This document shows, piece by piece, positions 26,017-40,608 of a stretch of DNA of 64,000 nt (its first letter is position 1; each line of letters opens with the position of its first letter). A model generated the notes under the pieces. It saw only the letters and a list, made by a program, of their open reading frames with translations. It was not told the DNA's origin and made no database searches. Made by a program: the position numbers and the translations under genes. The DNA is from Eledone cirrhosa (Eukaryota), in the NCBI GenBank assembly GCA_964016885.1, contig OZ024740.1:349308001-349372000 (forward strand), read 5' to 3'.

Positions 26017-26813
26017 TCTGGTAATGTATGTTACATTGCCCATTGAGTGCACTGAGATACAACCGGTACTGGCATTGATAAATATGCTGGGTCCGTCAAC
26101 CCTTATTATATATATATATATATACACAAGAGTTCATTTTCCAGTCTCCTTCTCAACAAGGAAGATGCAAAAAACTTACCCCAACAATTAATTTTAAAAC
26201 ATTAAATTTTAGTTTTTAATTCTTATTAATTCTCTTTAATTGTAATACTCAACATTGGTGTGAGTGTATGTACAAGTGAACCAGCATAAACCTTTTATTT
26301 CTAAATTTTCTAAACTATCTAAGTATTGGACTCTAACCATTATATTAAGTATTACTACCCCACTTTTTGTATGTGTGGAAGTGTGTGTGTGTCTGCGGAG
26401 GTGTGTGTGAGTGTAGTGCAAGCCAACCCACATAAGCCTTTTTATTTGTAAACTTTCTACTCCAACCATAATTTTCAGTAGCACCACTCCACATAAATTC
26501 CCTAATTTAAGAATGACCTGTAGTATCTATTTCATACTATTAACCCTATTTGAAAATATATCTGACCAAGAATGCCTTTTGTGAAAATCAGTCATGTGGA
26601 ACTATTGTCATCTTGCCTGACGGTTTGAACCTTACAGAACCACCTGCCTCTTTGAGGTCAAATACCAACCTACTACCATCTACAAACAGACCAATGAGAA
26701 TCAAGACTATTCCTGCTGACAACATCAAAATATTCCTAACAACCTCATATGTCCCAAGGCTCTGATACCATCAACACTATACACACAGAGCTGGCATATC
26801 TACGAACTGACTA

Positions 26814-26869
26814 ACTGCCTGATGAGGTCATAGCCATTCAATGGCTATCATCGAAATATATATAGCAGT
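26814..26869 (+). ncRNA. Minimal type I hammerhead, family B
   Basis: Stem I ACTGC/GCAGT, CTGATGA, stem II ATAGCCAT/ATGGCTAT, GAAA, palindromic TATATA stem III, triplet ATA. Confidence 0.75.
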
Positions 26870-27038
26870 AAATAAAGGATTATGAGTTCATGCAATTGAC
26901 TTATGTTTCGTCACTATATATATATATTTTTTTTATGTATATATATATATATTTATCCCTCTATCTCTCCCCTCTCTCTCTCTCCATCCCTCCCACTATA
27001 AACAATTTTATTCTCTTTAACTCACTACACTCTAAATC

Positions 27039-27097
<59 letters not shown>

Positions 27098-27211
27098 ATG
27101 AAACACTGTTAGAAAATATATATATATATATATGGATGAAACACTGTTAGAAAATAAAACAATGTATTTCTAAGCACTCTTTAATTATTCCTAAACTTAT
27201 ATATAAATATA

Positions 27212-27320
<109 letters not shown>

Positions 27321-27486
27321 AATTTATATCTAGTAACATATATATACATACAAATGCATATCGATGCTAGCAAATATATAGGTTTTGTCTTATTAACATT
27401 GTGGTTCAATGCATGGGGTTGCAGAACAATAATATAAGAGACGTAAGATAAGAAAATTATAAAATTAACTTACTTACTAAAATATC

Positions 27487-27568
27487 ACTTCCAACTAATT
27501 AGTTTCTGGAATGGAGTAGATACATCTTCCGAAGAAGGTGTGGAGAAACATCCCGTCATCAGGAAAGT
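27487..27568 (-). ncRNA. Hammerhead, family C
   Basis: Identical motif. Confidence 0.72.
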
Positions 27569-28023
27569 CTATTCTCATATAAGTTTCCAGGCAAAGCGAG
27601 GACTCGGGAAGCTTATTAAAAAATAAATCAGTGAATAGGAAATAGCAAAGCGTGGACTTACTTCCTAGCCACTGAGAAAATCACTGCCTCTGTGTCTGTG
27701 GCAAATTCAAAAAGAATCGAACACGTGACATCGAGGTCAATCGGTGGAAAGTGGGTTGTTAATAAGACAGCGGCCAGCCTACTACCGTAGCAGCAGTCAT
27801 GGCCAGTATTGCTCGACAAATATTTTGGAGATAATAATAAAGAATTTATATCTAGTAACATATATATACATACAAATGCATATCGATGCTAGCAAATATA
27901 TAGGTTTTGTCTTATTAACATTGTGGTTCAATGCATGGGGTTGCAGAACAATAATATATATATATATATTTTTTAATAAGCTTCCAGAGTCCTCGCTTTG
28001 CCTGGCAACTTATATGAGAATAG

Positions 28024-28105
28024 ACTTTCCTGATGACGGGATGTTTCTCCACACCTTCTTCGGAAGATGTATCTACTCCATTCCAGAAACTAATTAGTTG
28101 GAAGT
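28024..28105 (+). ncRNA. Type I hammerhead, family C
   Basis: Stem I ACTTTC/GGAAGT, CTGATGA, long stem II GGGATG/CATTCC capped by CTTC-TTCG-GAAG, GAAA, palindromic CTAATTAG stem III, triplet GTT. Confidence 0.75.
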
Positions 28106-28416
28106 GATATTTTAGTAAGTAAGTTAATTTTATAATTTTCTTCTCTTACGTCTCTTATATTATTGTTCTGCAACCCCATGCACTGAACCACAATGTTAAT
28201 AAGACAAAACCTATATATTTGCTAGCATCGATATGCATTTGTATGTATATATATGTTACTAGATATAAATTCTTTATTATTATCTCCAAAATATTTGTCG
28301 AGCAATACTGGCCATGACTGCTGCTACGGTAGTAGGCTGGCCGCTGTCTTATTAACAACCCACTTTCCACCGATTGACCTCGATGTCACGTGTTCGATTC
28401 TTTTTGAATTTTCCAC

Positions 28417-28477
<61 letters not shown>

Positions 28478-28495
28478 GAGAGAGAGAGAGTGATA

Positions 28496-31400
28496 GTTAG
28501 GGAAGCAGAAAATTGGTTATTGTAACACAGCTCGTGGTTAAGACAGCCAGTTTTATGGACGGATTCAACGTACGGTTAGGGGTTACTCCACAAGTTTGTA
28601 AGAATCACGTTCAATCTTGGAGTGCAAAGGATAAAAGTGAAAACACAGGTAAGCATTAAAAAAAGATGATTATGAATATCACATTCAAAAAGCGGAGGAA
28701 TAATAAACTACAGAATGACATGAATACATTCCTAAAATGGAATTATTTTCAAAGCAGACAAAACCTCAAATGTGTATACGATGGATATTAATACATACCA
28801 TAGCTTCATACGGAAGGAATTACACAGGAAATACAAAAACTATAACGAGACGGCACTGATAAACATAAACAACGAGGCACACAATATTGTCAAACGCCTA
28901 GGAATAGAGGACAGAACGGAGCCACTGAGGCCATTTACCCCCACATTTAATCTCAAGGACCATAAGGTAAATTTTGATTATAACCCCACAATTAGACTTA
29001 TATGCCTGTCCAAATCGGACATTGGGAAAATTAGTAAACATATATTAGACAGAGTGATAGCACAAATGAATAATAAACTAGTAGTTAAACTATGGAGTAA
29101 CACTACCGAAACAATTAAATGGTTTAACAATATAGCTAACAAAAAAGTGTCTAAGTTTATACAATTTGACATTAACGACTATTACTCCTCTATATCTCCC
29201 AACACCTTGGATAAAGCCTTAGCATTCGCCAAAGCCAATTCTGACCTGACAGACGACGAGATAAAAATTATATTAGCTGCTAGGAAAACAATAATTAAAT
29301 TTGAAAAAGCCTATTGGGAACGTAAGGATAGATTAAATAACTTCGACATCATGATGGGGACTAATGACTCGGCGCAAGTCACAGATCTAGTAGGTATTTA
29401 CATAGCCCATATTTACAGAGGGAGTTTAGCGACCTTCACGATGGAATCTACAGAGACGACGCCCTTCTCCTAGTTAAGAACCTAAATAACCAGAGCATAG
29501 AAAGACTGCGTAAGAATATTAGAATGACTATCGAAAAACTGGGCCTTAGCATAACGTACGAATATAGCACTAAAATAGTTAACTTTCTAGACGCGACGCT
29601 TAACCTAAATACGGGACTTGTAAGACCTTTTCACAAGATTAATGAAAACTTAGCATACATCAACTGTAATTCGAACCACCCACTATCCATAATTAAATCC
29701 GTTCCGCGCAGCATATCCCTCAGGATTTCCCGTCTCTCGTCTAACCAACAAATCTTCGAGGAACAAGCAGAATACTACAATACCGCACTTGACAAGGCAG
29801 ACCACTTAGATAGAGTAGAATATATAGATGAAAGCCTCCAGAAAGCACACACGAACACGCATAACACAAACTCCAGAAACACACGCACACACACATTCAC
29901 GCATAGAACTACAAATTATAATGATAATAGAAATACAACATCGAAATCAAGCAGGTCACGCAGTAGAAAATATATTTGCTATAACCCCATTTTTAACACC
30001 TCTATTAGTACTAACCTACCCTCTACCATCTTTAGAATAATAAATAAGCACTTTCCAGATTTACATAGATACAGTAAAATCCTTAACACTAAATCTATTA
30101 GACTATCTTACTCCACGGCACCGAACATAGAGGCACACATTAAGATGTATAACGCTAAAAAGATACGTAACAACACCAGAACACAAATTTATAACAATTC
30201 AATTACCATTGAACACAACAGAATATCTAATACACAACAACCTACTAATAGGCAAACAAGACGTAACACACTTGTACAGGCATCGCATCCCACTAATAAT
30301 GCCAAGGTTGCCCATGGCAAGAATCGTAATTGCCACCTACCTGAAACCTGTCCATTACATAACGAATGTATGCAGTCTAACCTGGTTTACCAATGCACAG
30401 TGGAATCAGACAACCAGAAGTGGTATTACAACGGAGCGACTGGGAATACATCATGTAAAGCTCGTTGGTATACACACCGTTACGCAATGAAACATTCCCA
30501 GCATCGTTATGTAACTACCCTTGCGAACAAGACATGGCAACTGAGGGAAATTAACCATCAATACACCTGAAGTGGAAAAAATTATCGAACGCGCCCCCAT
30601 ATCGGAGTGGTATGAGAAGCTGTCGATTATGTGACCTTGAGCTGTTCCACATTTTAAGTTCGAAGAATAAATTACTCAACAATAAAATCAAAAGATCGAT
30701 TTATTGTAACCATAGACTCAAAGAAAAGTTTGCGCACGACAAGTGCAAATCGAACCCTTAACATCTTACTACCACCTGACAAACTGCATATACTTAGACT
30801 TTCTACCCTCTTATTGTATACAACCCCTTCAATTACCCACAAAAACCAATACCTATATCCCTCCCTTCCTCTTCATTCCTTTTCTATTTCTTTTCGTTTT
30901 CTTCCTTTCTTCTCTCCCTTTTTTTATGTCTTTTCTTTTCTTCTTTCTCCCACCCCCCCTTCTTTATTTTATTTATTTATATATATATATATTTTTTTTT
31001 TTTTATATATATATATATATATTTATCCCTCTATCTCTCACCCTCCCTCGCTCTCTTTCTCCATCCCTCCCACTATAAACAATTTTATTCTCTTTAACTC
31101 ACTACACACTAAATCGACATCATGTCTACATATATCAAAACTGATCAAAGATTCCTTCCACCTCTACCACTCCCTCCATCTCAGTTTGTCACCCAACTCC
31201 CTAATTCCTCTCCCCCTTCATCTCTCTCTCTCTATACTACTCCCTTTGTCCCTCAACTTTCTAATTCCTCTTCCTCTCTCTCTATACTAGCAAATAGAAT
31301 TCCAAAAAATGTTTTTCTATTTATTAAGAACTTGTTAAGAGTAACTTATTCACTATTTTGAAAATGTGGACGTGTACAACAATTATGATTGAATGGCTGC

Positions 31401-31507
31401 TATTTGCAGTATAGCAATATAAGGCTGTACTTACCAATGAAACGGTCGTAAATACCTGGATAAAATATTTTTTCTTTTAATACTTATCTGTGTTTTCTCT
31501 TTTATCC
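28496..31507 (+). mobile_element. Penelope-like retroelement (Naiad-like), frameshifted RT + GIY-YIG endonuclease
   Basis: RT motifs IQFDINDYYSSI and FDIMMGTNDSAQVTDLVG; GIYRDDALL in a shifted frame near 29444; VNFLDATLNL; Y..CNSNHP..IIK; linker NCHLPETCPLHNEC; endonuclease LVYQC...YYNGAT; frameshifted C-terminus KWKIIE...CRLCDLE...LLN...CNH. Confidence 0.88.
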
Positions 31508-31540
<33 letters not shown>

Positions 31541-31721
31541 GTCGATTTAGAGTGTAGTGAGTTAAAGAGAATAAAATTGTTTATAGTGGGAGGGATGGAG
31601 AGAGAGAGCGAGAGAGGGGAGAGATAGAGGGATAAATATATATATATATACATAAAAAAAAATATATATATATATAGTGACGAAACATAAGTCAATTGCA
31701 TGAACTCATAATCCTTTATTT

Positions 31722-31777
31722 ACTGCTATATATATTTCGATGATAGCCATTGAATGGTTATGACCTCATCAGGCAGT
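31722..31777 (-). ncRNA. Minimal type I hammerhead, family B
   Basis: Reverse-complement copy with one stem II mismatch. Confidence 0.7.
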
Positions 31778-32574
31778 TAGTCAGTTCGTAGATATGCCAG
31801 CTCTGTGTGTATAGTGTTGATGGTATCAGAGCCTTGGGACATATGAGGTTGTTAGGAATATTTTGATGTTGTCAGCAGGAATAGTCTTGATTCTCATTGG
31901 TCTGTTTGTAGATGGTAGTAGGTTGGTATTTGACCTCAAAGAGGCAGGTGGTTCTGTAAGGTTCAAACCGTCAGGCAAGATGACAATAGTTCCACATGAC
32001 TGATTTTCACAAAAGGCATTCTTGGTCAGATATATTTTCAAATAGGGTTAATAGTATGAAATAGATACTACAGGTCATTCTTAAATTGAGGAATTTATGT
32101 GGAGTGGTGCTACTGAAAATTATGGTTGGAGTAGAAAGTTTACAAATAAAAAGGCTTATGTAGGTTGGCTTGCACTACACTCACACACACCTCCGCAGAC
32201 ACACACACACTTCCACACATACAAAAAGTGGGGTAGTAATACTTAATATAATGTTTAGAGTCCAATACTTAGATAGTTTAGAAAATTTAGAAATAAAAGG
32301 TTTATGCTGGTTCACTTGTACATACACTCACACCAATGTTGAGTATTACAATTAAAGAGAATTAATAAGAATTAAAAACTAAAATTTAATGTTTTAAAAT
32401 TAATTGTTGGGGTAAGTTTTTTGCATCTTCCTTGTTGAGAAGGAGACTGGAAAATGAACTCTTGTGTATATATATATATATATAATAAGGGTTGACGGAC
32501 CCAGCATATTTATCAATGCCAGTACCGGTTGTATCTCAGTGCACTCAATGGGCAATGTAACATACATTACCAGA

Positions 32575-32704
<130 letters not shown>

Positions 32705-33167
32705 GTAATCAAAAATATTTTGTAAACATGTGTGTATCTCAATTGTGTTAATGGACTGGACAAGAGTTGAGATGGGGGAGGCGAGGGAGAAGTTGTAAAC
32801 TAAAGGAAAATTCTGTGGGATTGGCAACAGTAGGTTTGTAAAAAAAATTTTATTTTTGGAATATGATTTTAGAGTGTGTGTGTGTGTGTGTGTATATGTA
32901 AAAAAAAACACACGTGTGTGTGTGTTTTTTGTAGGTGTGATTTGGTGTGGTCTGTTTATGTGTGCGCGCGCGCGTGTGTGTGTATGTGTGTGTGTGTGCG
33001 TGCGGGAGGGAGATAGTGTGTGTGTGTGTGTAATGGGCTGTGTGTAATAATTTTTCTTTATTTATTCTTTGCTGTTGAATGAAGGAATCGGGGCACTTGT
33101 AAAGGGAGAAGATTTTAAAGTTGGGCAGGGTCATTCCTGCTCAGCCGTCAGCGTCCTCAAACTTTTC

Positions 33168-33201
<34 letters not shown>

Positions 33202-34120
33202 ATTCTAGTATTGTGTTCTTTAACAACTAAAAGTATTCTTACACAAGCTTTGCTTCGTGAAATTCAGTAAGATCATGCATGGATATATAACAACAAGGCA
33301 TTGGCAAAACGTACTGGGTAAAACGTTCCTACCTTTTTCGTGTCTTCTCTTTTTCTTCTAGATTATTTATTTATGTTCTGTATCCCTGTTCTACGTTATT
33401 TTTTTTTATACTTTCAATTTGAAGTATATTGGAGAAAATGTAAGCGTGTCTTGGGTCATCCTTTTAAAAGTATATGAATTCATGTAAATTAATATATACC
33501 CATATATATATAAATAAAACTGCATACACAAATTTTACATGAAAATTTAAATCTACGTTTTATAGTAGATTCTCATACCTAGCATAATGTCTCAAGTGTG
33601 GTGACCAAAATCCTGAATAATATTATTGCAATGTTCATGTTTTGACTATGGTGCCACGACTATTTCCGGGAACATCGTTGGTATTTATTACCGACATTGA
33701 AATAATGTACTGCAAAATATCTCTTGTTTTTAAACTATTTCTCAAAACTGTGAACTTACTTTGATGTACTGTCACGTGATATCCTTTTCCTCAAAATTAA
33801 CATGAAGTATATTGCATAAAAGGGACTGTGTATAGTTTGTGCTTCCTCAAAGGGCATAGGTATGATATAACTAGAGCATTCGATTTGTAGATTTCACAAA
33901 GATTTCTGACATAGCAAAATATGCACAACATTTCTAGAATACTTAAAACGTTCGATCGAAATATATTTGAATTATCTCATTGGCCCCAAGACATATATTG
34001 AGGGAAGCTATGGTCAATGAAGCCGTTCCCTGACAAATAATATAGATTATCGATACCATATGAATAAAAGAGAAAATTAGGACTAACCTAATCTGAAACT
34101 GGAACATTATTTCCCGTAAA

Positions 34121-34306
34121 GGCGGTGGATTGGCATTATCGGTAGAGGGTCGGACGCCATGCTTTGAAGCATAGAGTTACCTCCCTGTATGATCTGAGTT
34201 CAAACCCCGCCAATGTTAACTTTGTCTTTCATCCTTCCGGGCTCGATAAAATAAAGTACCAGTAATGCACTGGTTAATTGCTGGCCTTGTGCCAAATGTA
34301 GAAACA
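34121..34306 (+). mobile_element. Same SINE insertion in arm 3
   Basis: Same sequence and TSD. Confidence 0.8.
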
Positions 34307-36352
34307 ATTATTTCCCGTAAATTATTACCAGATAAAACATTCTAACGCCTCAAATATCTCTCCGTCTACCATTTCAATATATGGCATGATATACACTTGG
34401 GAGAATCCGTACGGACTCAGATATAATAATTTAAAATATCTTATACGGTTCATTCATGTTTGAAAACATGCCCCACTAAGTTCCATATTGTTTAGGATAC
34501 TATAAATATGTATATTTCCAATAAATGATACAAGTACTTCAACTTTACCTCATCGGATGTAAACTTTCCCGTATTGTTGATAGTTCCGTCTCTATATATT
34601 TATAAATGTTTTCAATAATTTGCATTACATTATGACTAACGTTTGATGTCAATTCCGCTACCGGTCCTTCATATATATATATAAGTCCTTTCACCATTGG
34701 TTTCATTACAAACGTTTATCACTTTGGGAACTGAACAAACACACGTCTCGTTTGTAAAATATCTCACGGTTTCTTCATATTTTCCATTTCCAAGTAAACA
34801 AACCAATATAATGAAGATAACTAATGTAAGTAACGATTAATTAATATTACTATCTCATATATTATTTTATGTAGTTATGTGGTTATACTTAGATATGTGT
34901 ACTCATGAGGTAAAATTTAACAAAAATGCTATTTACTCTAAATAACGTAAATTGGCACTTGTCATTATGTATGAGGATATATATAATATCAGAGATACGA
35001 TTGCACCCCAGTAGGATCTCTTGTCTTTTTACCTCACTGCAGATTACTATTAGATGTTCAATTTATATTAATGTAGGTTTATGTTGGGTTATCTAATGTA
35101 TTTTTCACTGTGAGTTAATATATTGTTAAAACTATTATCTACGTTATCAGAAGAATTAGCTTTACCTGAACATTTCAGAGATGAGATGCAGTAAGAATTG
35201 AACTGGGATAACACGTAACATATGTAACTTATAATAATGGTAATGCTAGCCTCAAAAAACAGATACATCTATTGTAGTTAAATACGATACTAGTATTATG
35301 AGGTTCTAAACTAATCATAGAAATAATAAATATATTGAAACTATTGTAACAGGTTAGTTAGGTTCTAAATGTTACATTGGTAAAATGTATTGCAGAATTA
35401 TATCACTGATAGCATCCTATCGATTGGTAATTTATGTATGAAATTAGAAATTATGCTCTTATATAGTATTGAATCTTTCTATGTTCCTCTCTTTCTTTCT
35501 TCCCTTCTTTCCTATCCATAACTTACAGTGTATTCTGGGACATATTTTAACTTTAAGAAGAGCCTATCTAATAACTTGGTCTGATCACATACAATATTTT
35601 CCATAGAATGTGATACATTGATGTGATACGAAGTGAGATAGAAATGTGAGGAAAATATCTACAGCAGTACTGGACCGGTATTGATTTATCGAAAGCGTGA
35701 AAGGAATAATAGAGTACCGAATCGAAGATCTTAAAGAAATCTGTGAGATGTTCTAAACTCTCAGCCAGTATAGTATATATATTGGACTATATAACTGTAT
35801 ATATAATGACACCATTCCACTCAACTAATCCGAAACAAGTAGAAATATTTATATGGATAAGTAATTATACAGAGACATTACTTTAACACTGCAACTCCAA
35901 GTTATAAATTTACTAATGAATGAGATGATCTAAAGATATTTGTTTCATGAGCGAGTGTATTATTTCCTCTAAAATGTTACATGAAGGTTCTAAAACTACG
36001 GGGAACATACCACTTTGTTATGTAGCATTAGTAAACCTACTGGCAGTAATATCATTAATCTATTTCCTCTCTCGTTATAATACTTCCATCGCACATCTCT
36101 CATATATTTTTCTATAAATATATGCATTTTATTCATATACACACTGTAGTGAAACGTTTTCTTATCACATTACCTGACATCATTCATGATCATACGTCTA
36201 GCACACTATAGTAAATAAATGTCTGTGGCTTTCATTTCTATGTATTATGATTTAATTCTAAAGTATACAGCTATTTTCTGATTTGTTTATCTGAATAAGT
36301 GTCACATTAAAATTATGAAGCACTCTTTGATTTAATATTTTATATATTGCAG

Positions 36353-36877
36353 GTTCTCGTACAGATTGTCATTCTTCTCGTCAACTATACCTTAATTGTG
36401 ACTTCGGCACCCATCCAGATCCAATGTGAAATACCAACTGACCTAAAAGACCAATACGAGAGTTTAACCAGTGAAGACATCGGCAATAAATTCTTTCTAC
36501 ATGCTGAAATGGCTCCAGCAGTAAATAACGAAACAACACTGTCACGAGAGAATGAAACAAGTACAACACCTGCTGTTTCTTCTGATCTCGTCCATGAACG
36601 TTCAATTTGTCCTTGGAACCTGGAGATTATCCATGATCCAACAATCTTCCCTCCATCACGTACAGAAGTAGTGTGTCGAGAGGATAATGATTTGTTCCCC
36701 GACAAAAATCACCAATGTGAGTCTGTATATACTAAAATGACAGTCCTCAGTCATACAGGTACATGTGATAATGGACTTTATGTGTATAGTCCAATTGTAA
36801 TAAATGTGGCAACATCCTGTGTTTATGCACGGAAAGTTGATGTGATAACTAAGGGAAATAACGAGTATGAGGAATAA
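36353..36877 (+). CDS. IL17: IL-17-like cytokine, copy 4, main coding exon
   Basis: Same motifs; loop variant CREDNDLFPDKNHQC. Confidence 0.85.
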   Translation, partial: VLVQIVILLVNYTLIVTSAPIQIQCEIPTDLKDQYESLTSEDIGNKFFLHAEMAPAVNNETTLSRENETSTTPAVSSDLVHERSICPWNLEIIHDPTIFPPSRTEVVCREDNDLFPDKNHQCESVYTKMTVLSHTGTCDNGLYVYSPIVINVATSCVYARKVDVITKGNNEYEE

Positions 36878-37589
36878 AAGCAGTCATATTGAAAATTATA
36901 AAACTGCGTTGTAACGCAAAATGTATTCATGATATGAAACATTCAGTTGACCACCATGTGGTTTTTGTTATATATATATCGATATATATATAGATATATA
37001 TATAACCCCATATATCCTATATGCTTATCCTTTATTCTATTTCTTTCAATCTTAATTTTTACATTTTAAACATCACTGTTTCAAGCTTTACTATTCTTTA
37101 CTATTTAATCTTAAATTAAAGGACTTTGTAATACATATTATATATATATTGTGATAACCTTTGTATTGAAAATGTATATTTTTATGAGAATATACATATA
37201 CTATATATTAATTGGTTTATAAAATAATTGTATTTTTATATTTAATAAAGTTTGGTAAACAATGTTCGTCTTTGATCTTTTCTTTCTTTAATTTCTCTAA
37301 ACTGTCCAAAACATTTATTGATTATGTTAATATTCAGGTAACATGTGTTACATTGTCAGCTGTGACATTGAGTACTTGATCCCGTGATTTTTGTTCAGTC
37401 AATGTATATACATATTTATTAATAATAATCTGCCTGATTGATAATAATAGTTACAACAAATTCCATATGAATTAATCTTTTCATCTATCTGCCTATCTGT
37501 ATATCAATCTATCTATTATTCTATCTGTCTCTATATCTATACAAACGAGTGTAATTATGTGTGCTTTTGTGTGGAAAAATAAACATAAT

Positions 37590-37663
<74 letters not shown>

Positions 37664-39912
37664 TCATATATGTATCTATATCTATACCAATATATATCTC
37701 TATATATAAAACAGAGGATGTCTGTCTGTCTGTGTAAATCCCTAAAACAGGAGAAGTACCCGACTGATTTTACACATGCGTTACTTATCTTTCTTGAAGT
37801 GCAATGGGCTAAAAAAATAAGGCGTGACTTAATGATAATCCAGCCGATTTTGCTCGAAATGTGCAGTACACATTAGTTAGTCCTCGAATTGCTTTGGATT
37901 AAAAAAAAGCGTATAATATTTCGCTAAAAGTTTGGTTAATTTAACAGAGGACACAACATTTACTTACTTTTAAGCAGGACCATATTCGGAGGATTGAGGA
38001 AATGAGGAGGACCTTAAAACTTTTGTCGGCTCCCTGTTGACGTTTCGTGTTTTCATCACGCGCAAATTCGAGCCCTGTGTACGTTGGCGTGTTATTGACA
38101 CAGTAAAACTCACGTCTGTGCTATTTTTACTAATACTCCTTTTGTTGCACCTACACCGCAGAATGAACGCCCCGCGCAAGTACGCCGAACAGCGGTTGTG
38201 TTAATTCCACGGTGACCCCCACTTGAAATTGTTGATGTTGATCCCAATGGTAATTCCGAAGAGTTCGGCATCCGATGTCACAGTTCGCTCTATATCAGAT
38301 CGGGTAGATTTACGAAGAGGCTATCGTCTCCTGTGGGGAGGGCCCAGCATGCTGTGCGGTTGCATGGCATGTCTTACTCAAGCATTGCAGGCTTTACTCT
38401 GTACAGTATGCATGCAGGTATAATAGACATAAATGATGATGTCTGTCCAGATGACTAGGTGCGAATCTATAAATCTCCAAAGGTACCTAACCGATTTTCT
38501 CCAAATGGAATAAATCATACTCTAAGATTTAGTTCGCTTAAAGAGTATCCAGCTGATTTTCTTCAGATTTTGCACAGATGTTTCACGATTCGGGCCTGCT
38601 GGTGTTTCCAGTAGATGAACAATCACTCCCTGAGAATAAGGGAATTCAAAAAGTACACAGCTACATTCCTCAATCTTTGCGTATGCGTGTTGCTATTTCC
38701 CGTTTCCTACCCAGTGCAACGCCGGCTCCTGCTGCTAATAAGCAAAGAGATATTTAACATATATACTCACCAAAATTATTTATATAAATATTTATATAAA
38801 TATCTTGTTGTAATATAATAAAGTAAATCTACTTACAACCTTAATTCTTCATAAAATATACTTATAAATATTATCTATATAATATTATAACTCACGATTA
38901 GAATAGATCCAATAATTAGTACTATCTCTCAATTTTTAAAATTGGTATTCCACCACTTCAACACATTTATGATTCTCATATTATTTCATAGATATTACCA
39001 AAATATAATTATAATTAAATATATACATATAATTATATCACTCTCTTTACACCATCACTGGCATGACCCTTATAGTTATATTTTAATAATTGTTTCTACT
39101 TTTGGCACAAGGCCAGCAATTACCCAGTGCATTATTGTTAATAATAATAGTGTATTTCTAACTATAATATACTTTGTGTATAGTAGAGTACATGCACTGC
39201 TGGCACTCCAATGAAGGCCCGTATTGTGGACCCGTTTTATTTTCACTTTCTTCATTGGAGTGCCAGCAGTGCATGTACTCTACTTTACCTCACTTCATTG
39301 TATTCTGTTTTGGATGTAAGGTGTTTGTTGCAGACTGCCTATGTGGAGAAATCCTCTATGCGTGTATTTGGAAATCTAGTGTTATATCGCCTAACGCTTG
39401 GAACTGGAACCAGTAGATAGAGGGTGGTGGCCGGATAAGGATAAATCAACCTGTTACAAGGCGATACTACTGGAGTGCACTATCTTTCCTATAAACAATC
39501 CTGCCTGTAAAACTGCACCACATCTAACAAACTTTTCTGTTTACTGACTCCTGCTTACAAGCTTTCATACTCTGCCTGTAAATCATGTATTTGCACTGCT
39601 TGTTTGTTTTTTGATCATGCTCAGTAACACTCTCATTCATTTCTTGCTCTCCTCTCTCAACCTCCTTCTGATAAACTTTTGATGTAATTTTTTATGACAT
39701 TATATGTATCATGTGTTGTGTGTTGCTCTATACAGCGCTGGCTTGTCCTTTTTCTGGTGACTAGGCTCGATGGAGCCTGCAACCTTTGATATATTTTTTG
39801 TTTATAGGCTCCGATGATTCCTGTCCTAGGGTATGGATGAAACACTGTTAGAAAATAAAACAATGTATTTCTAAGCACTCTTTCGTTATTCCTAAACTTA
39901 TACATAAATATA

Positions 39913-39956
<44 letters not shown>

Positions 39957-40004
39957 AGACGTAAGATAAGAAAATTATAAAATTAACTTACTTACTAAAA
40001 TATC

Positions 40005-40086
40005 ACTTCCAACTAATTAGTTTCTGGAATGGAGTAGATACATCTTCCGAAGAAGGTGTGGAGAAACATCCCGTCATCAGGAAAGT
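40005..40086 (-). ncRNA. Hammerhead, family C
   Basis: Identical motif. Confidence 0.72.
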
Positions 40087-40526
40087 CTATTCTCATATAA
40101 GTTTCCAGGCAAAGCGAGGACTCTGGAAGCTTATTAAAAAATAAATCAGTGAATAGGAAATAGCAAAGCGTGGACTTACTTCCTAGCCACTGAGAAAATC
40201 ACTGCCTCTGTGTCTGTGGCAAATTCAAAAAGAATCGAACACGTGACATCGAGGTCAATCGGTGGAAAGTGGGTTGTTAATAAGACAGCGGCCAGCCTAC
40301 TACCGTAGCAGCAGTCATGGCCAGTATTGCTCGACAAATATTTTGGAGATAATAATAAAGAATTTATATCTAGTAACATATACATACATACAAATGCATA
40401 TCTATGCTAGCAAATATATAGGTTTTGTCTTATTAACATTGTGGTTCAGTGCATGGGGTTGCAGAACAATAATATAAGAGACGTAAGATAAGAAAATTAT
40501 AAAATTAACTTACTTACTAAAATATC

Positions 40527-40608
40527 ACTTCCAACTAATTAGTTTCTGGAATGGAGTAGATACATCTTCCGAAGAAGGTGTGGAGAAACATCCCGTCATC
40601 AGGAAAGT
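40527..40608 (-). ncRNA. Hammerhead, family C (tandem, 522 bp)
   Basis: Identical motif. Confidence 0.72.

Noticed and set aside
30568-30570. TGA ending the Penelope ORF read as selenocysteine, as reported for some Naiad elements
   Set aside because: The sequence is better explained by a frameshift in ..CTG AAG TGG (L-K-W). It is not at a conserved Cys position, and the element has several other frameshifts.
30730-31361. Hydrophobic 79-186 aa ORFs as membrane proteins
   Set aside because: They translate the pyrimidine-rich 3' tail of the Penelope element, and the frame is not conserved in the duplicate at 55663-56298.
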